Both the position numbers and the translations under genes were made by a program. Positions 1 to 9,208 of a stretch of DNA of 64,000 nt are shown one piece after another. The DNA is from Candidatus Iainarchaeum sp. (GTDB lineage: Archaea; Iainarchaeota; Iainarchaeia; Iainarchaeales; UBA10191). The notes beneath the pieces are model-generated. The model did no database searches. It had not been told where the DNA came from and saw only the letters and a program-made list of their open reading frames with translations. The DNA lies in contig JAUSFL010000023.1 of assembly GCA_030649735.1 (NCBI GenBank), forward strand, positions 15,698-79,697. The letters run 5' to 3'. Numbering within the stretch: the first letter of the stretch is position 1; every line of letters begins with the position of its first letter.

Positions 1-1163
1 TTGTTTTGTCGCATGCGCATTTGGACCATATTGGCTTTGTTCCTGCTTTAATCAAGCATGGCTTTAAGGGAAAAATTTACTGCACTAAGCCGACAAGGGA
101 TTTGATGCACGTTTTATTGGCTGACGCTTTTGCTATTTCCAAAGAGCGCGGCCAAGAGCTTTATTCAGCGAAAGACATTGAGAAGACAATGCGGCTTGTT
201 GAGGTTGTCCCTTTTGAAAAATCAGTGAAAATTTCAAGGAATTTTTCCTTCAAGCTTTTTTCTTCTGGCCATATTATTGGCTCTGCAATGATTTTGATGA
301 ATTGCGCTGGCAAGCATTTGCTTTACACTGGGGATTTTAACACTCGGGAATCAAATCTTTTGGAAGGCTGTAAGATTCCTAAGGAGAAAGTTGATTTTTT
401 AATTATGGAAGCGACTTATGGCTCCAAGAAAGACATGCTGCCTTCATTGAAGTCTGTGAGCAAGGAATTTGCTGACGCTGTGAACGGGACTTTTCTTTTG
501 GGCGGCAAGGTTTTAGTGCCTGTTTTTGCTGTTGGAAGAGGGCAGGAGTTGATGTTTGTTTTGGAGAATTACATTCGCTCTGGTTATCTTCCTTGCGACA
601 CTGTTGTTTTTGTTGATGGAATGATTAATTCTGTGAACAAGATTTGCAGGCATAATGTCGTTTTTTTGAGGCCTGAAATTCCTGCAAGGATTTTGAATTC
701 TGATGATGATCCTTTCAAGAGCCCTTTTTTCAAGATTCCGGAATCTAAAAGCAAGTCTGAAGTTTACGCTGCGGAGAACGCGGTTATTTTGGCCACTAGT
801 GGAATGCTTACTGGCGGGCCTTCTGTTTCATACTTCAAAAGGCTTGCGAGGAACGAGCGCAATTTGATTGCTTTGGTTGGCTTTCAAGGAAAGGACAGTT
901 TGGGCAGGGAATTATTGAATGGGGCCAAAGAAGTCAAAATAAAGGAAAGCAGGGTTCCTGTCAAGGCAATGGTTAGAAAATTCGGCTTTTCAGGCCATGC
1001 GGATTTTTTGGGGCTGTTTGAGTTTGTCCGAAAGATTGCGCCTTCAAAGATTTTCATTGTTCACGGCGAGCATTCAAAGCAGTTGGAGTTTGTTGCCGTG
1101 GTTAAGAATAAATTGAAGAAAGAGGCTATTGTTCCAAAGGCTTTGGAAGTGTTTGACTTATGA
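1..1163 (+). CDS. beta-CASP / metallo-beta-lactamase family ribonuclease (aCPSF/RNase J-like), C-terminal part; 5' end lies outside the window
   Basis: Reading frame is open to the window edge. An HxHxDH metallo-beta-lactamase motif (HAHLDHIG) sits at the start. About 380 aa of beta-CASP-like sequence follow, ending with an FSGHAD-type motif. Confidence 0.6.
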   Translation, partial: VLSHAHLDHIGFVPALIKHGFKGKIYCTKPTRDLMHVLLADAFAISKERGQELYSAKDIEKTMRLVEVVPFEKSVKISRNFSFKLFSSGHIIGSAMILMNCAGKHLLYTGDFNTRESNLLEGCKIPKEKVDFLIMEATYGSKKDMLPSLKSVSKEFADAVNGTFLLGGKVLVPVFAVGRGQELMFVLENYIRSGYLPCDTVVFVDGMINSVNKICRHNVVFLRPEIPARILNSDDDPFKSPFFKIPESKSKSEVYAAENAVILATSGMLTGGPSVSYFKRLARNERNLIALVGFQGKDSLGRELLNGAKEVKIKESRVPVKAMVRKFGFSGHADFLGLFEFVRKIAPSKIFIVHGEHSKQLEFVAVVKNKLKKEAIVPKALEVFDL

Positions 1164-1570
1164 GTGAGAAGAAAGCCCAGGTTGCCGCGGAGTACCTTAT
1201 AATAAGCGGTTTTTTGCTGTTGGCAGTGATTGTTTTTTTCATTTACTCGATTTCAAGCTATAATGATTCTGTTTCTTTCACCAAGGCAAAGAATGTCGTT
1301 GATTCATTGTCTAATACTGCATCGCAGCTTTCCGGCCTTGGGAATGGCAGTTCTTTGGTTGTTGACTTGGAGTTTCCTGAAAACATCCAGTCTTTTCAGG
1401 TTTCTGGAAAGACATTCAGGCTTTTTTTGACTACTGGCTCAGGAACGCAAGAGTATTATGCGGAGTCAAGGCTTGACTTGAATTCTGCTGTTCTTCCATT
1501 GACTTCTGGATTTCATTCAATCAAGGTTTCGCGCTTGAACAACAAGGTTGACTTTGTAGAGGTAAAATGA
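1160..1570 (+). CDS. class III signal peptide (archaeal type IV pilin-like) protein; minor pilin or pseudopilin candidate
   Basis: N-terminus is MSEKKAQVAAEYLIISGFLLLAVIVFF: a basic stretch, an AQxxAAEY Flp/archaeal prepilin-like motif, then a TM helix. Start overlaps the upstream stop (ATGA). Confidence 0.55.
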   Translation: MSEKKAQVAAEYLIISGFLLLAVIVFFIYSISSYNDSVSFTKAKNVVDSLSNTASQLSGLGNGSSLVVDLEFPENIQSFQVSGKTFRLFLTTGSGTQEYYAESRLDLNSAVLPLTSGFHSIKVSRLNNKVDFVEVK

Positions 1571-1945
1571 ATGATTTCTGGCTTTAGGGCGCAGATTTCC
1601 ACAGAGGCTTTGTTCGCTGTTGTCATTATCTTGATCATTGGGCTTGTAATAAGCGTTTTTGCTTCTTTGAAAAGCTCTGAGTCTTCAGGCTTGTTCACTG
1701 CTTTTTCTGAAAAGGCGGAGTGCGAAAAGGTTTCTTCAATAATTTATTCCCTTTCCAATTCCAGCGCAAAGCCAAGCGTTGTTTTTGACTTGGACTTGAA
1801 TGCTTCGGTTCTGAACGGCTTTGTTTATGTCGGGGAGTATTATTGCGATTTTTTGGGTTCTGCTTCTGACGCGAATATTTCTTCAGGCACTTGGATTGCT
1901 TCAAAGAATTCTCAAGGGGTTGTTGTTTTTGCCAAAGTCGCTTGA
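1571..1945 (+). CDS. class III signal peptide (type IV pilin-like) protein
   Basis: N-terminus is MISGFRAQISTEALFAVVIILIIGLVI: the G-F-R-A-Q-x-S-x-E motif typical of prepilins, followed by a TM helix. Tightly packed after the previous gene. Confidence 0.55.
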   Translation: MISGFRAQISTEALFAVVIILIIGLVISVFASLKSSESSGLFTAFSEKAECEKVSSIIYSLSNSSAKPSVVFDLDLNASVLNGFVYVGEYYCDFLGSASDANISSGTWIASKNSQGVVVFAKVA

Positions 1946-2432
1946 CTCTAAAGGCCAGTCGATTTTTCTTGACCTGGCTTTTGGGGTTTTTTTGTTCTTG
2001 CTGTTGTTTGCCTTCATTTACTCGCAGTGGCAAACTAATATTTCTGTGGCAAGCCAGGAGTCTGATTTTGAAGAGCTTTCTTCAAGGGCCTTGATGTCTT
2101 GCGATTCTTTGGTTTCTTCGGCCGGAACTCCTGCAAACTGGTTCTTGCTTTCAAGCGCGGATGACATTAACACAATTGGAATCGCAAGGAAAAAGCGTTC
2201 TCTTGACGACAGGAAGCTCTCAAGGTTTTTGTCATTGGATTATAATGTTTCCCAGCAAAAGCTGAAGCTTTCCGGCTTTGACTTTTACTTTCACTTGTTC
2301 AATTCCAATGGAATCGATTTCAATTATGGCGTTTCTCCAGACTCAAACAAGGTTGTTGTTTCCTTGAGGAGAATTGTCGACTATCAAGGGGTGGAAAGCA
2401 TTGTCGATTGCTCAGTCTACAGGCAAGAATAG
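1920..2432 (+). CDS. pilin-like protein with class III signal peptide; start codon uncertain (TTG)
   Basis: The ORF-track frame 1821..2432 overlaps the previous gene by ~120 nt. In-frame TTG codons at 1920, 1923 and 1929 give LPKSLDSKGQSIFLDLAFGVFLFLLLFAFIY, i.e. a KGQS prepilin-like motif plus a TM helix. Confidence 0.4.
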   Translation: MLFLPKSLDSKGQSIFLDLAFGVFLFLLLFAFIYSQWQTNISVASQESDFEELSSRALMSCDSLVSSAGTPANWFLLSSADDINTIGIARKKRSLDDRKLSRFLSLDYNVSQQKLKLSGFDFYFHLFNSNGIDFNYGVSPDSNKVVVSLRRIVDYQGVESIVDCSVYRQE

Positions 2433-4812
2433 CCTGAAAGGGTTTGTTTTCAGCATTGACGCTGTTTTGGCCGTGATTCTAGTAAGCTCTGCAATTCTTG
2501 CAACGCAAACAAGCTTTTTCCAGTATTCCCATTCGTCAATCAATGTTCTTGCAAAGTCTGCTGATGACGTTTTTTCGACTTTGCAGGACACTGGGTTTTT
2601 GTTTCAGGAAACAGACAGGAATTCACTGGACAATGCCGCGCTTTCCTTTTACTTCAAGGCGAAGGGGCTTTTGCCTTCAAACTCTGGCCTTCAAGTCAGG
2701 CTTTCACAATATAATTTGAATAAGGAATCCTGCAGGCAATTCAAGGATTTTAACAACTGTTTTGCTTTGGCTGGAGAAGTCATTGTCGGTGATGCAATTG
2801 ACAGCAATGAAATTGCTTTTGGAAAGCGGTTGATTGTTAAAAAGCAAAGCCCCGGAGACTGCAATATTTCCGCGCAGTTTTCAGACTTGCCGCTAAATCA
2901 GTTTCCAAAAGAGTTTGGCAGTGCTTTTTTTGACACTGCTTTTTTTGCTTCTGGCGGCGATTTGAACATCGGAGTTGCCGCAAGCTATAACAGCCTTCCT
3001 TTAATGTCTGGAAGTTCAATACAGTGTGATGAGAACATTCATGTTGACTTGAATGCTTATTTTCCAACCACTGGAAGGCCTCCAATAAACATGATTTTTG
3101 GATCTGACAAGAGCTTGAGCATGGGGGAATGCACCATTGCCAAAGGAATTGTTTTGGACTCAAATAAAGGAACAACCTCTTCAACTTTCGTCAAAATTCA
3201 CGAGTTTTCTTTAAGCGACAATAATGCTTTTGATGTCTTGCTTGAATGGTCTGCCACTTGTTCTTCAAACTGTCCTGAAATGTACGTTGTCGCGCCTAAT
3301 GGCACTACAAAGTATGGCCTTGGTTTTCCTTCAACTACTGACTTGAATGTCAAAACTTGCAATTCTGGAGACTCTTTGAATTCCAAGGCTTATTATTTGG
3401 GCAAGTCCACTTTTGACTATTTGGCAGTTAACTCTAATGTCGGAAATTCTAAGTCCGGAACTTGGCAGGTTTGGGCAAGAAAGTCCGGAAGCGCGATTGA
3501 TTACAACTTGACTGTCAAAAGAATAAGGAATGATTATTTTTCCTCAAGCACTCTGACTGTTTTGCCTTGGAATAATCCAATTTCAAAGATTGAACTGGCC
3601 CAGGTTTTTATTGCAAGGTTTAATGAAAATGCTTTGTGGGATCCTGTTGCTGACGAGTATGCTTATGCTGAAATTGGCACTGACAAGAAAAGTGGCGGTA
3701 ATGGTTCTTCAATACAACCTAGCAGTGGCTTAAGGCCTATTGGAGACCAGGCCTTCAAAAGCCAGTTGAAGAATCTTTCCCCAGTAAGCGTTGATTCTTC
3801 GGCTTATGGGTTTGCAATGTCTGGCGACGACATGATGAATGATATTCTTGCAGACCAGCCGTCTGCCGAAGTCCGGGCAGAAATTATTTTTGGAGATGCA
3901 AATAGTTATGGAACTCCAAATGCGGTCGCTGCCGCGCAGGATGCAAAGGATAGGAACATTGTTGTTTTCACTGTTGGCTTTGGAAGAGACCATAATTTCA
4001 CTGACTTGAAAATGATTTCCGCAATTACTGGTGGGACTTTTTACAATGCTTCTGACGAGAATGCTTTGCTTTCAATTTTTGATACTATTGCGCAGAGGAT
4101 TTTTGCGCTTTCGGGCTACGCCTACGGAATTGGAATTCCTGACTTGAATATTACAATTCCAGTCCTTGCTGGCAGTGAAATTAACACTCCAGCAAGCAAT
4201 TTTCAGGGAACTTTTGAGCTTTCTTCAAGTTCTTTGCGATTTTTCATCACAGACATTAATATTTTGAGTCCTTGGTATGGATCTTATAATATTTCGTTCC
4301 CCTGCACAATGTCTTGCGCTTCGGAAAAAAAATACCTTCCGGAATTTGGAACAAATTACTCTTACACAGACACTAATGGAAATTATTACGCGAATAATTT
4401 TGACATAAACAAGTACATTGACGTTAATTTTTTGTATAGGGACTTAAGGCTTTCTTTTATGAATGCCGAATTGTTTGATATTAACCATTTGACTGTCACT
4501 GCACAGCTTTCTAATGTCGGCGACTTGAACACTTTAAGTTATCCTTCAGGAATGACTGACTTGAACTTTTCAGTAAATGGCTCTTTTGCCGGAACCAAGA
4601 CAATTCAAGGGCTTTGTGGGCATTTGAATCCTTTATGCGGCCTTTGGTTTGACTTAAACAGCGTGGAATTGTTTCGGGAGGGTGAAATTGAGGTTTCTAT
4701 TGACGCAAATAAGGCGCGTGATTGTCCTTTGGGGAATTCTGTAAAAATAATCTGCAATTCTCAATTAATCACCCAATTTTATGTTGTTGAGTTTGGAGTG
4801 TGGGAAAAATGA
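2374..4812 (+). CDS. large pilin-like protein with class III signal peptide and a vWA (von Willebrand factor A) domain; TadG-like pseudopilin / tip adhesin candidate
   Basis: N-terminus KGFVFSIDAVLAVILVSSAILA is prepilin-like. A MIDAS DxSxS motif (MIFGSDKSLSM) lies near nt 3115. The vWA C-terminal signature NIVVFTVGFG...ITGGTFYNASDENALLSIFDTIAQRI lies near nt 3960-4090. An alternative TTG start is at 2401. Confidence 0.6.
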   Translation: MSTIKGWKALSIAQSTGKNSLKGFVFSIDAVLAVILVSSAILATQTSFFQYSHSSINVLAKSADDVFSTLQDTGFLFQETDRNSLDNAALSFYFKAKGLLPSNSGLQVRLSQYNLNKESCRQFKDFNNCFALAGEVIVGDAIDSNEIAFGKRLIVKKQSPGDCNISAQFSDLPLNQFPKEFGSAFFDTAFFASGGDLNIGVAASYNSLPLMSGSSIQCDENIHVDLNAYFPTTGRPPINMIFGSDKSLSMGECTIAKGIVLDSNKGTTSSTFVKIHEFSLSDNNAFDVLLEWSATCSSNCPEMYVVAPNGTTKYGLGFPSTTDLNVKTCNSGDSLNSKAYYLGKSTFDYLAVNSNVGNSKSGTWQVWARKSGSAIDYNLTVKRIRNDYFSSSTLTVLPWNNPISKIELAQVFIARFNENALWDPVADEYAYAEIGTDKKSGGNGSSIQPSSGLRPIGDQAFKSQLKNLSPVSVDSSAYGFAMSGDDMMNDILADQPSAEVRAEIIFGDANSYGTPNAVAAAQDAKDRNIVVFTVGFGRDHNFTDLKMISAITGGTFYNASDENALLSIFDTIAQRIFALSGYAYGIGIPDLNITIPVLAGSEINTPASNFQGTFELSSSSLRFFITDINILSPWYGSYNISFPCTMSCASEKKYLPEFGTNYSYTDTNGNYYANNFDINKYIDVNFLYRDLRLSFMNAELFDINHLTVTAQLSNVGDLNTLSYPSGMTDLNFSVNGSFAGTKTIQGLCGHLNPLCGLWFDLNSVELFREGEIEVSIDANKARDCPLGNSVKIICNSQLITQFYVVEFGVWEK

Positions 4813-5765
4813 GCCTGCGAATTTCCCGGAAGGGAATTTTGTTCACTTTCATGTCCTTGCTTTTGATTCTTTCACTGCTTTCATTGGTTGATTCTTTGAA
4901 TTCGCAAAGGTCAAGCCTTAAGGCAAACGCGGCTTTAGTTTATTCCCTGAATTCCACTAGTTCTCGCTTTGACAACGTATATTCCGACTTTGTTTTTTTG
5001 GACAAGGACGCCAATGCAAGGCTTGTTGACCAAAGGAACCTGCCTTTTTCATACTCTATGGATTATAATTCTTTGAGCATTGTTCAAGAGCTTCCTTTGA
5101 GGATTAGTGTTTGGAACAATTACTTTGACCTTGTAAACGCTTATGTTATTTTTTTGAAGGACTCTAACACCGGGTTTTCAAGCGAATTTGCAGTTGATGC
5201 AAACACTGTGAAAAACGCGATTTGGGGCGGCAGCGTTCAAGACTTGAATTTCGTGCTTTTGCCCCAGTGCCTTTTTTATGACGTGAATTCTTCGCTTTAC
5301 TCGGCCGGGTTTTATTCAGCATCTTTTTCTGGCTGTTCTTTTGACTCTTCAAAAATCGGCAAGTATTCGGTAATTGTTTCCTTGAAAAGCCCTGCTGTTG
5401 AAGACTATAATTCAATAACTTACAATATTCCCGGCTTTTCAAATCCGGCAAATCCGGCTTTTGAATTCCTGCTTTTGGACAATAACTGCGCCAAATGCTC
5501 TCTTTCCCAGGCAAGCAAGAGCATTATTGGCTATTTTGACCCGACGCAAAGCGGCTGGATTACTGTAAAGTGCGTTGGGGCTTTGTGCCATTCCAAAGAC
5601 ATTAATATTTTCGTCAGTTCCGGCTTGCAGGCATTTCATTCTGGAGAGCGCGTGGACGTGAATTTCACTGTAAAATTCAAGAATTTCATTGATTCCTTTT
5701 ATTTCAAGGACTTTAATGCGTCAGTGACAAACAATGATTTTAACATTGTCTATTCGAATGCCTAA
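4809..5765 (+). CDS. pilin-like secreted/membrane protein (class III signal peptide-like N-terminus)
   Basis: MSLRISRKGILFTFMSLLLILSLLSLV: an RKG motif followed by a hydrophobic helix. ATGA overlap with the upstream gene. Seen only within the pilus locus. Confidence 0.45.
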   Translation: MSLRISRKGILFTFMSLLLILSLLSLVDSLNSQRSSLKANAALVYSLNSTSSRFDNVYSDFVFLDKDANARLVDQRNLPFSYSMDYNSLSIVQELPLRISVWNNYFDLVNAYVIFLKDSNTGFSSEFAVDANTVKNAIWGGSVQDLNFVLLPQCLFYDVNSSLYSAGFYSASFSGCSFDSSKIGKYSVIVSLKSPAVEDYNSITYNIPGFSNPANPAFEFLLLDNNCAKCSLSQASKSIIGYFDPTQSGWITVKCVGALCHSKDINIFVSSGLQAFHSGERVDVNFTVKFKNFIDSFYFKDFNASVTNNDFNIVYSNA

Positions 5766-5811
5766 CCGTCAGTAATTAAAAGCCAAAATGCATTATATTT
5801 AACGTGGTTTA

Positions 5812-7668
5812 ATGGGTTTTTTCCAAAGCATAATGGAGCTTTTTGGCCTGAGAAAGAAGAAAATTCTAGATTCTTCCAGCAAGGCTGCAATCCCTGTCCA
5901 GCCTGTCCCAAGGCTTGCTGAAAAAGCCCTGCCAAAAAATTCCTTGCTTGAGGAAAAGTTTGATTCGCCTTCTTCAAGTTCTTCAAGGAAAAAGTTCGCT
6001 TTCGGGAAAAACAAGCCTGTTTTGAAGCGGGCAAAGCAAAAGTCGGTTAATCCCTTGCAGTTTGAGGTAGAGCAGATTTTGACTGCCGCGCTTTCATTGA
6101 AAAAAAAGATTGAAGCCAGGAAAAGGAAAAAGCATTCTAAATCAAAGAAAAAAAAGCCAAAAAAGCTTTCAAAAAAGCAGCAAAGGCGGCTTTTAATCAA
6201 GGAATTGAAGGAAACTTTGACTCCATTGTCTCCCGAAGTGCTTAATAAAATGAAAAACAAGGTTTCCCGGGCAAATCCTTTGACTGCCGTTGAAATCCAG
6301 CGCTTGAGGTTTAATTTGAACAGCGGCCTTGCTGCCAAAAACCCCGAAGAGGCCGAAATCCGCACTGAAGAGCTTGACCGCATTAGAAAAACCCTTTTGG
6401 AAAAGCCCGCGGCAAGCATTACTGAAAAAGAATTGCGCACTGAAGAATTGGAAAGAATCCGCAAGTCTCTTGCAGAGCCTGGAGGAAATGGCCGCGACCG
6501 GCCTTTTCAATCAGCAGAAACACAGTCTCAAGCCTCGCAAAATAACTTTCAAGCCATTCCTAAATCTCAAAGTCTTCAACAGCAGGATTCAATGCCTTCT
6601 GTTCGGCAGCAGAATTCACAGCCGCAATTTTCCGGAATTCAAGGAACTGTTGTCCAAGTGCCTGAAGGCGCGAGCGTTTTCATAGGAAGCCAGCCGCCGC
6701 AAGTCCAGCAGGCTGTTCAGCAAAAAAAGTCTGAAGAGTCCCAATTAAGCATTGATGATGACATTTCAGCGACTGAAAGGCTGCTTAAGGCCTTGGAGCA
6801 GGATTATTTGAAGCGCAGGATTTCAGAGCAAGAGTACAGGCAAAGGGTTTTGGACCTGAACCAAAGATTGCGCGAATTGAAAATCAAGAAGAAAATTCAG
6901 GGAGAAAAGCCTGTTGAAATAAAGCTTCCTGATTCTGAAAAACCCCTGGAAGATCCGGAACAAAAAATTCCAGCGCCCGCGCCAGCCTCAAAGCCTTTAA
7001 GATCAAAATTTCAGTTTTCCAGGCCTTCAGTGCATTATGCTGTTCCGCAAGGCAATGATTCCTTGACTCCGGAAATGCAGAAGTTTTTGCAGGAACGGCT
7101 TGGCAAAAGCGATGACGCAAAGCTTTCAGAGCTTGAAGCGAACGTGCAAAAGCTAATGAAAAAATACAATCTTTCAGAATCAGAGGCAGAGGAAAAAATA
7201 GCGAAAATTGACAGCCCGAAGGTCTTGCAAAGCTTTGACAAGCTTGTTGACTTGATTGAGCTTGAGCAGCGCACCCAGAAATTAATGCAGGAGCAATTGC
7301 AGATTGCAAAAGACCGTTCTCCAAAGCAGGAGGAAAAGTCCGAGTTTGGAAGCGGGTTTGAGGCAGGGGTTCCAAAAAAGAAAATTGAAGAAGTGAAGGC
7401 AATTGTTGTTGAATTGCAAAAGCACCGCATTGTGACAGACTTTGACAAGCTTTTGGAGCTGGTTCAAAGTAAGGGAAAAGTGAGTGAAAGCGACGCATTT
7501 AAGGAATTGAAGATTTCCAAGGACAAATTAAAGGATTGCATTAATGTTTTGGAGCAGAACAATCTTGTGAGGGTTGAGTTTCCGCCGATTGGAACGTCAG
7601 TCATTTTTGACGTTAATTACATCCCTCCAGTGAAGCTATCCAAGCAGGAAAAGAATGAAAAAAAGTGA
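5812..7668 (+). CDS. Lys/Glu-rich coiled-coil, low-complexity protein of unknown function within the pilus locus
   Basis: Long K-rich tracts (KRKKHSKSKKKKPKKLSKKQQRR). An internal ~25-aa duplication (EIRTEELDRIRKTL / ELRTEELERIRKSL). A possible winged-helix-like C-terminal ~90 aa. Immediately upstream of the ATPase. Confidence 0.5.
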   Translation: MGFFQSIMELFGLRKKKILDSSSKAAIPVQPVPRLAEKALPKNSLLEEKFDSPSSSSSRKKFAFGKNKPVLKRAKQKSVNPLQFEVEQILTAALSLKKKIEARKRKKHSKSKKKKPKKLSKKQQRRLLIKELKETLTPLSPEVLNKMKNKVSRANPLTAVEIQRLRFNLNSGLAAKNPEEAEIRTEELDRIRKTLLEKPAASITEKELRTEELERIRKSLAEPGGNGRDRPFQSAETQSQASQNNFQAIPKSQSLQQQDSMPSVRQQNSQPQFSGIQGTVVQVPEGASVFIGSQPPQVQQAVQQKKSEESQLSIDDDISATERLLKALEQDYLKRRISEQEYRQRVLDLNQRLRELKIKKKIQGEKPVEIKLPDSEKPLEDPEQKIPAPAPASKPLRSKFQFSRPSVHYAVPQGNDSLTPEMQKFLQERLGKSDDAKLSELEANVQKLMKKYNLSESEAEEKIAKIDSPKVLQSFDKLVDLIELEQRTQKLMQEQLQIAKDRSPKQEEKSEFGSGFEAGVPKKKIEEVKAIVVELQKHRIVTDFDKLLELVQSKGKVSESDAFKELKISKDKLKDCINVLEQNNLVRVEFPPIGTSVIFDVNYIPPVKLSKQEKNEKK

Positions 7669-7675
7669 TTTGTGA

Positions 7676-9208
7676 ATGTCGGCAAAGATTTTGGAAAATT
7701 ATGACGTGAAGGCAGACAATGTCGCCGTTGAAGTGCAGGTTGTCGAGGCAGAGAACGAGTTTGTAAGGCAGTACTTGCTCAGCATTCCAGAATACGGCCT
7801 TGGGACAAAGGCGCTTTTGGAAAACTTGAAAGCGTCAATAATAACCGATGCGGGCATCAATGCGGAGAAAATGCTCAACCCAAAATTCATGAAAGAATTA
7901 AAGGACAGGTTTGCAGAAAAAGCCGGCAAATTATTGCAGAGGGAATTGCCTGACTCAAAGCCTGAAATAAGGAACACTTTGATTGGGCTTTTGATCCATG
8001 AAATGCTTGGCTTGGGAAAAATAGAGTTTTTGCTTGCTGACGGGAATTTGGAAGAAATTGTCATTAATTCTGCAGCAGAGCCAATTTGGGTTTATCACAA
8101 GAAGTTCGGCTGGCTGAAATCCAATGTTTTTGTCGAGCCAGAGGCTGAAATCCAGAATTTTGCAAACATCATTGCAAGAAGGGTTGGAAAGCAAATAACC
8201 ACTTTGAATCCATTGCTTGACGCGCACTTGATTACTGGAGACCGCGCAAACGCGACTTTATTCCCGATTTCCACGCGCGGAAACACAATCACAATAAGGC
8301 GCTTTAGGAGAGACCCTTGGACTGTTACAGACATTATTGACAACAAGACGGCGTCTGCGGAATTAATGTCTTTGGTGTGGCTTGCAATACAGTATGAAAT
8401 GAACATTTTGATTTCCGGCGGAACTGGCTCTGGAAAAACCTCAATGCTGAACGTATGCATGCCTTTCATTGAAGCAAACAATCGAATAATATCTATTGAG
8501 GACACCAGGGAAATCCAATTGCCCGAGTTTTTGCACTGGGTTCCTTTGACAACGCGCGAGCCGAATTCTGAAGGCAAGGGAGAAATCTCAATGCTTGACT
8601 TGCTTGTCAATAGCTTGAGAATGCGGCCTGACAGGATAATTGTCGGAGAAGTCAGGAGGCAAAGGGAAGCCGAAGTGATGTTTGAGGCAATGCACACAGG
8701 CCATTCAGTGTACACTACAGTGCACGCCAACACTGCCGATGAAACAATCCGCCGCTTGGTCAGCCCCCCAATAAGCATTCCGATAACAATGCTTGATTCA
8801 GTGCATTTGAACCTTGTAATGTTCAGGAACAGGCGCGTTGGCGCAAGAAGGGTTTTGCAGCTTGCCGAATACATCAGTGAAAAGCGCTCTGAAAATGAAG
8901 AGCGCGTGCGCGCGAACATTTTGTACCGCTGGAAGCCAGCCTCTGACGAAATTTCAAAGCATTCTGAAAGCATTCGATTTTATGATGAGCTTGCAATGCA
9001 CACTGGCTTCACGCCTGATGAAATGCAGGCTGACTTGAAGCAAAAGAAGGAAATCCTCGAATGGCTTGTGAAAAACAAGATTCGCGACATTTCAAGCGTT
9101 GGAAGAGTGATTGCCGAATATTATCTGGACACTTCAAGCATTACTTCGCTTGTTGAAAAAAACAAGGTTCCTTCATGGTTTGTTGAGAAGAGGGCGGTTG
9201 TAGAGTGA
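7676..9208 (+). CDS. type IV filament assembly ATPase, FlaI/TadA/VirB11 (GspE) family
   Basis: Walker A GGTGSGKTS, Asp/Walker B box RPDRIIVGEVR, His box HTGH. About 510 aa, matching archaeal secretion-superfamily ATPases. Confidence 0.9.
   Translation: MSAKILENYDVKADNVAVEVQVVEAENEFVRQYLLSIPEYGLGTKALLENLKASIITDAGINAEKMLNPKFMKELKDRFAEKAGKLLQRELPDSKPEIRNTLIGLLIHEMLGLGKIEFLLADGNLEEIVINSAAEPIWVYHKKFGWLKSNVFVEPEAEIQNFANIIARRVGKQITTLNPLLDAHLITGDRANATLFPISTRGNTITIRRFRRDPWTVTDIIDNKTASAELMSLVWLAIQYEMNILISGGTGSGKTSMLNVCMPFIEANNRIISIEDTREIQLPEFLHWVPLTTREPNSEGKGEISMLDLLVNSLRMRPDRIIVGEVRRQREAEVMFEAMHTGHSVYTTVHANTADETIRRLVSPPISIPITMLDSVHLNLVMFRNRRVGARRVLQLAEYISEKRSENEERVRANILYRWKPASDEISKHSESIRFYDELAMHTGFTPDEMQADLKQKKEILEWLVKNKIRDISSVGRVIAEYYLDTSSITSLVEKNKVPSWFVEKRAVVE

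Noticed and set aside
1821-1945. Upstream extension of the third pilin-like ORF (ORF-track start 1821) overlapping the previous gene by 125 nt
   Set aside because: The overlap is implausibly long. In-frame TTG codons at 1920-1929 give a sensible class III signal peptide N-terminus instead. A frameshift or fusion cannot be fully excluded.
5799-6464. 221-aa minus-strand ORF and nested 105-aa ORF
   Set aside because: Antisense to the Lys-rich coiled-coil gene. Phe/Leu-rich low-complexity typical of the complement of poly-Lys/Glu coding.
8095-8973. 292-aa minus-strand ORF
   Set aside because: Antisense to the FlaI/TadA ATPase gene, which has unambiguous Walker motifs.
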